Of a stretch of 64,000 nt of DNA, positions 61,577-64,000 are shown piece by piece. The notes under the pieces were generated by a model that worked only from the letters and a program-made list of their open reading frames with translations, was not told where the DNA came from and searched no databases. Each line of letters opens with the position of its first letter. Position 1 is the first letter of the stretch. The stretch comes from Thermoplasmata archaeon (lineage in GTDB: Archaea > Thermoplasmatota > Thermoplasmata > Lutacidiplasmatales > UBA184): assembly GCA_049300255.1 (NCBI GenBank), contig JBAQJJ010000049.1:43920-107919 (forward strand), given 5' to 3'. Both the position numbers and the translations under genes were made by a program.

Positions 61577-61939
61577 TTACTCGAGGATGTCTTCGAGTTC
61601 GTTGGCCACGAGCGTGAGCAGTTGATCAAGAAACCGGTTCTTGAGCTCCGTGATCTGCCCCGCATCCGTCTCGAGGCGGGCCATGAATTCGTCCCCGTCC
61701 CGAACGAAGGATAGGGAAAGCACATGACGACGGGAATCGGCCGACCGCGGCAAGGGGGGCAGCTCCACGACCTCCGGCTCCGGCTTCGGTTTGACAAGTT
61801 TGGAGGGTTTCGTTTTGGGAGCCGGGCGGCGTAGTGTGGCCTTACGTGCCGGTTTCTTTGGAGCCGGTTTGCGAGCCGGCTTGGCTGGGGAGCGGTGGGA
61901 TTTGCTCCCCTTACCGCGGCCGGACCTACTCGGCATCCG
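61577..61939 (-). CDS. Small basic protein with Lys/Pro/Ala-rich (histone-H1-tail-like) N-terminal region and conserved-looking C-terminal helical domain
   Basis: ...GKGSKSHRSPAKPARKPAPKKPARKATLRRPAPKTKPSKLVKPKPEPE... followed by HVLSLSFVRDGDEFMARLETDAGQITELKNRFLDQLLTLVANELEDILE. Confidence 0.4.
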   Translation of the reverse strand, partial: RMPSRSGRGKGSKSHRSPAKPARKPAPKKPARKATLRRPAPKTKPSKLVKPKPEPEVVELPPLPRSADSRRHVLSLSFVRDGDEFMARLETDAGQITELKNRFLDQLLTLVANELEDILE

Positions 61940-62100
61940 AGAATCCTCGCGTCGGCCGCACCAGCCCCCCCTATTTATGACTACTGCCGAAGAACGCCAC
62001 TCGATTCCATCGACTTCGTTCCGGAGACATGGCTTTACGGGCAAGCCCATACCCTCCCACCGAAGGGAATGAGGGTCCCAAGACCGATCGGACCAGAGCG

Positions 62101-63864
62101 ATGAGTCGCACGACCTTCCTCTGGCTCTTTTCGCTCGCGTTCTTCCTGGTCTTTCTCGCGTTGCAACCGCTGTTTAGTTTCGCGCTCTTCGGCTCCGACA
62201 CCGGAGAATACTATCGGCTCACCGCGGTGTTGTTGACGACTGGCCACTTGCCCCACGGGGGGGCGTACCTGGGGTGGGGAGCGGCGTATCCCGACTTCCC
62301 GGGGATCTTCCTACTTTCCGGCGCCGCCGCCGGCGCTTACGGGACGGACGCACTGACCGCGCTGATCGTCGTCGTACCTGTGGTCGCCGTTCTCTCGGTT
62401 TTCCCTCTGTTCCTTCTCTTTCGGCGGCTCTTCCCGCAGGATACGATCGCCCTGCTCGCGGCGGCCATTTCGAGCCTCGCGATGCCGCGGCTCTTCTCGA
62501 TCGCCCACCCAGCCCCTTTGTCCATCGGAGACTTTCTCGTGGTGGCCGCGCTCTGGATGCTCGTCGAGGGCCGTCGTGATCTTCGTTGGTACGTGCCTCT
62601 CTCGTTGACCAGCGCGGCGCTTATCGTAACCCATCATCTTTCCAGTTACTTCTTCGTGGTGAGCGCCCTGGGTGGGATTCTCTTACTCGAGCTTTGGAAA
62701 CCCGGACTATGGAGCCGGCGGTATCCAACTCGTGAATTGGTGTTCATGGCCGCATTTCTGACGGGCCTGTTCGTGTTTTGGTTCTACGGCACAACGACGT
62801 TCGTAGCGAAAGTCATTTTAGCCGGCGTCCTGATCCACGTGAGCACCGGCGTTATTTTTGCCAGCTTCGAGGCCGCCGGTCTGGTCGCGGTCGCCTTCGT
62901 CGGGGGTTTGATCGCGCTCCGCCGTCGCTTCGCGAGAAGCGCGCGACCGTGGGTGCGCCTTCCGACGGATCGGAGCGTGATGCGCGACGCGATACTCATC
63001 GCGGCCGCTGTGTTCGGCGGTGTGGTGGTTGTGGTCTTCGTCCCTATTCCCGGAACGTCTCAGACGACCACCCTCGCGGCGATTCTGTTTTTCGCGCCGA
63101 TCCTCGCTCTGTCGATCTTCGGAGCGGGCAGTCGACGCGCGCTGACCCCGAGTCGGATGGCCCCCTTCTCGGTCACCTGGCTCGGCGCGCTCGGATTATC
63201 CGCCTTAGGCTGGCTCATCTTCTCAAGCTATCTTGCGAACGCCAATGTTAGTCAGATCGTGCCGGCGGCGCGGCACGTCGAGTACCTGTTCCTTCCTCTC
63301 GGGCTGCTATTCGCAGTCGGGATCGGCCGTTTGGTCGCTCGCGCGGGCGATCGGTACGGTCGTCGCGCCATCGTGGTGAGCTCGGTCGCCGTCGTGTTGC
63401 TTCTGGGCGCGAACGCGGCAATCGTCTATCCGCCGCAGAACGATTTTGGAGGATTTCAAGAAGGCCTCACGGTACAGGACGCCGCCCTCTGGATGTGGGT
63501 CGGAATCGACGTCTCCTCCCACGCCGTCGTGGCTTCGGACCACCGATTGAGCTCGATGATTTTCGGTTTCGACGGGAATCCCGCTACTTGGGATTCTACT
63601 CCCGCCCTTTTCACCGGATCCAATTGGTCGGCGGCGGCCTCCGAGCTAAGAGGCTCTCCGGCGCCCTCGCTGGTTCAACCCGTTTCGTACGTCGCCGTGG
63701 ACGCGGTGATGTATGCCGGCGTCGCCTTGAACCCGACCGGCGCGGCACCACCGCTGAGTGCAGCAGCCATCGCGTGGTTCATGGCAGCCCCGTTTGTCCT
63801 CGTCTACGAAAATGGCCAGCAGGCGATCTATCTGGTCGACGCGAATTACTTGCCGCCGACGTAA
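62101..63864 (+). CDS. Polytopic membrane protein, GT-C-fold glycosyltransferase-like (PMT/ArnT/DUF2079-like)
   Basis: About 590 aa with 12 or more TM helices and a C-terminal soluble domain; no AglB WWDYG motif seen. Confidence 0.5.
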   Translation: MSRTTFLWLFSLAFFLVFLALQPLFSFALFGSDTGEYYRLTAVLLTTGHLPHGGAYLGWGAAYPDFPGIFLLSGAAAGAYGTDALTALIVVVPVVAVLSVFPLFLLFRRLFPQDTIALLAAAISSLAMPRLFSIAHPAPLSIGDFLVVAALWMLVEGRRDLRWYVPLSLTSAALIVTHHLSSYFFVVSALGGILLLELWKPGLWSRRYPTRELVFMAAFLTGLFVFWFYGTTTFVAKVILAGVLIHVSTGVIFASFEAAGLVAVAFVGGLIALRRRFARSARPWVRLPTDRSVMRDAILIAAAVFGGVVVVVFVPIPGTSQTTTLAAILFFAPILALSIFGAGSRRALTPSRMAPFSVTWLGALGLSALGWLIFSSYLANANVSQIVPAARHVEYLFLPLGLLFAVGIGRLVARAGDRYGRRAIVVSSVAVVLLLGANAAIVYPPQNDFGGFQEGLTVQDAALWMWVGIDVSSHAVVASDHRLSSMIFGFDGNPATWDSTPALFTGSNWSAAASELRGSPAPSLVQPVSYVAVDAVMYAGVALNPTGAAPPLSAAAIAWFMAAPFVLVYENGQQAIYLVDANYLPPT

Positions 63865-64000
63865 GGATGCAACGTTCCATCGATCTCCCACGTTACGATG
63901 GGCGCAGTGGATCGCTCGGCCAATACACCAATTAGCCGGCGGGCCCACTCGAGTTTCGCCCGTTTACGATCGGCGGACGCGGCGTCGCTCTCCTCAACGC

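Overview
This is a high-GC (about 65%) chromosomal segment that I judge to be archaeal. Features that individually point to Archaea: an archaeal/eukaryotic-type leucyl-tRNA synthetase, glycerol-1-phosphate dehydrogenase (egsA), a Hel308/Ski2 helicase and an Orc1/Cdc6 paralog. NFACT/Rqc2, smc-scpA-scpB and queE are consistent with this but not diagnostic. Sedolisin-type protease, heavily N-glycosylation-sequon-rich YVTN beta-propeller surface proteins and high GC would fit an uncultured acidophilic Thermoplasmatota-like lineage, but that is only a guess. Most of the window is housekeeping and metabolic genes with tight, often 4-bp-overlapping junctions; Shine-Dalgarno-like GGAG(G) elements precede several starts.

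The observations worth a second look are:
- A complete bacterial-style oxidative pentose-phosphate cluster (about 33.7-43.1 kb): glucokinase, pgl, zwf, gnd, HAD phosphatase, a transaldolase-PGI fusion and tkt. This is unusual for an archaeon.
- A gene-poor, lower-GC island with atypical codons (about 13.5-16.3 kb) carrying a translationally coupled winged-HTH plus nucleotidyltransferase pair, possibly toxin-antitoxin or abortive-infection-like.
- A DinB-like pseudogene disabled by three in-frame stop codons with no frameshift.
- A membrane-anchored sedolisin with a cytoplasmic zinc ribbon.
- An Orc1/Cdc6 paralog with a degenerate Walker A (lysine replaced by threonine) whose 3' end overlaps the Hel308 gene by about 180 bp.
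- A cell-surface glycan-modification cluster (TylF-like methyltransferase, two GT4 glycosyltransferases, epimerase, GT-C-like membrane protein).
- A lysine/proline/alanine-rich basic small protein.

I found no rRNA, no convincing tRNA, no CRISPR array and no integrase or transposase. Many ORFs in the six-frame track are antisense artefacts of high GC and are not reported.
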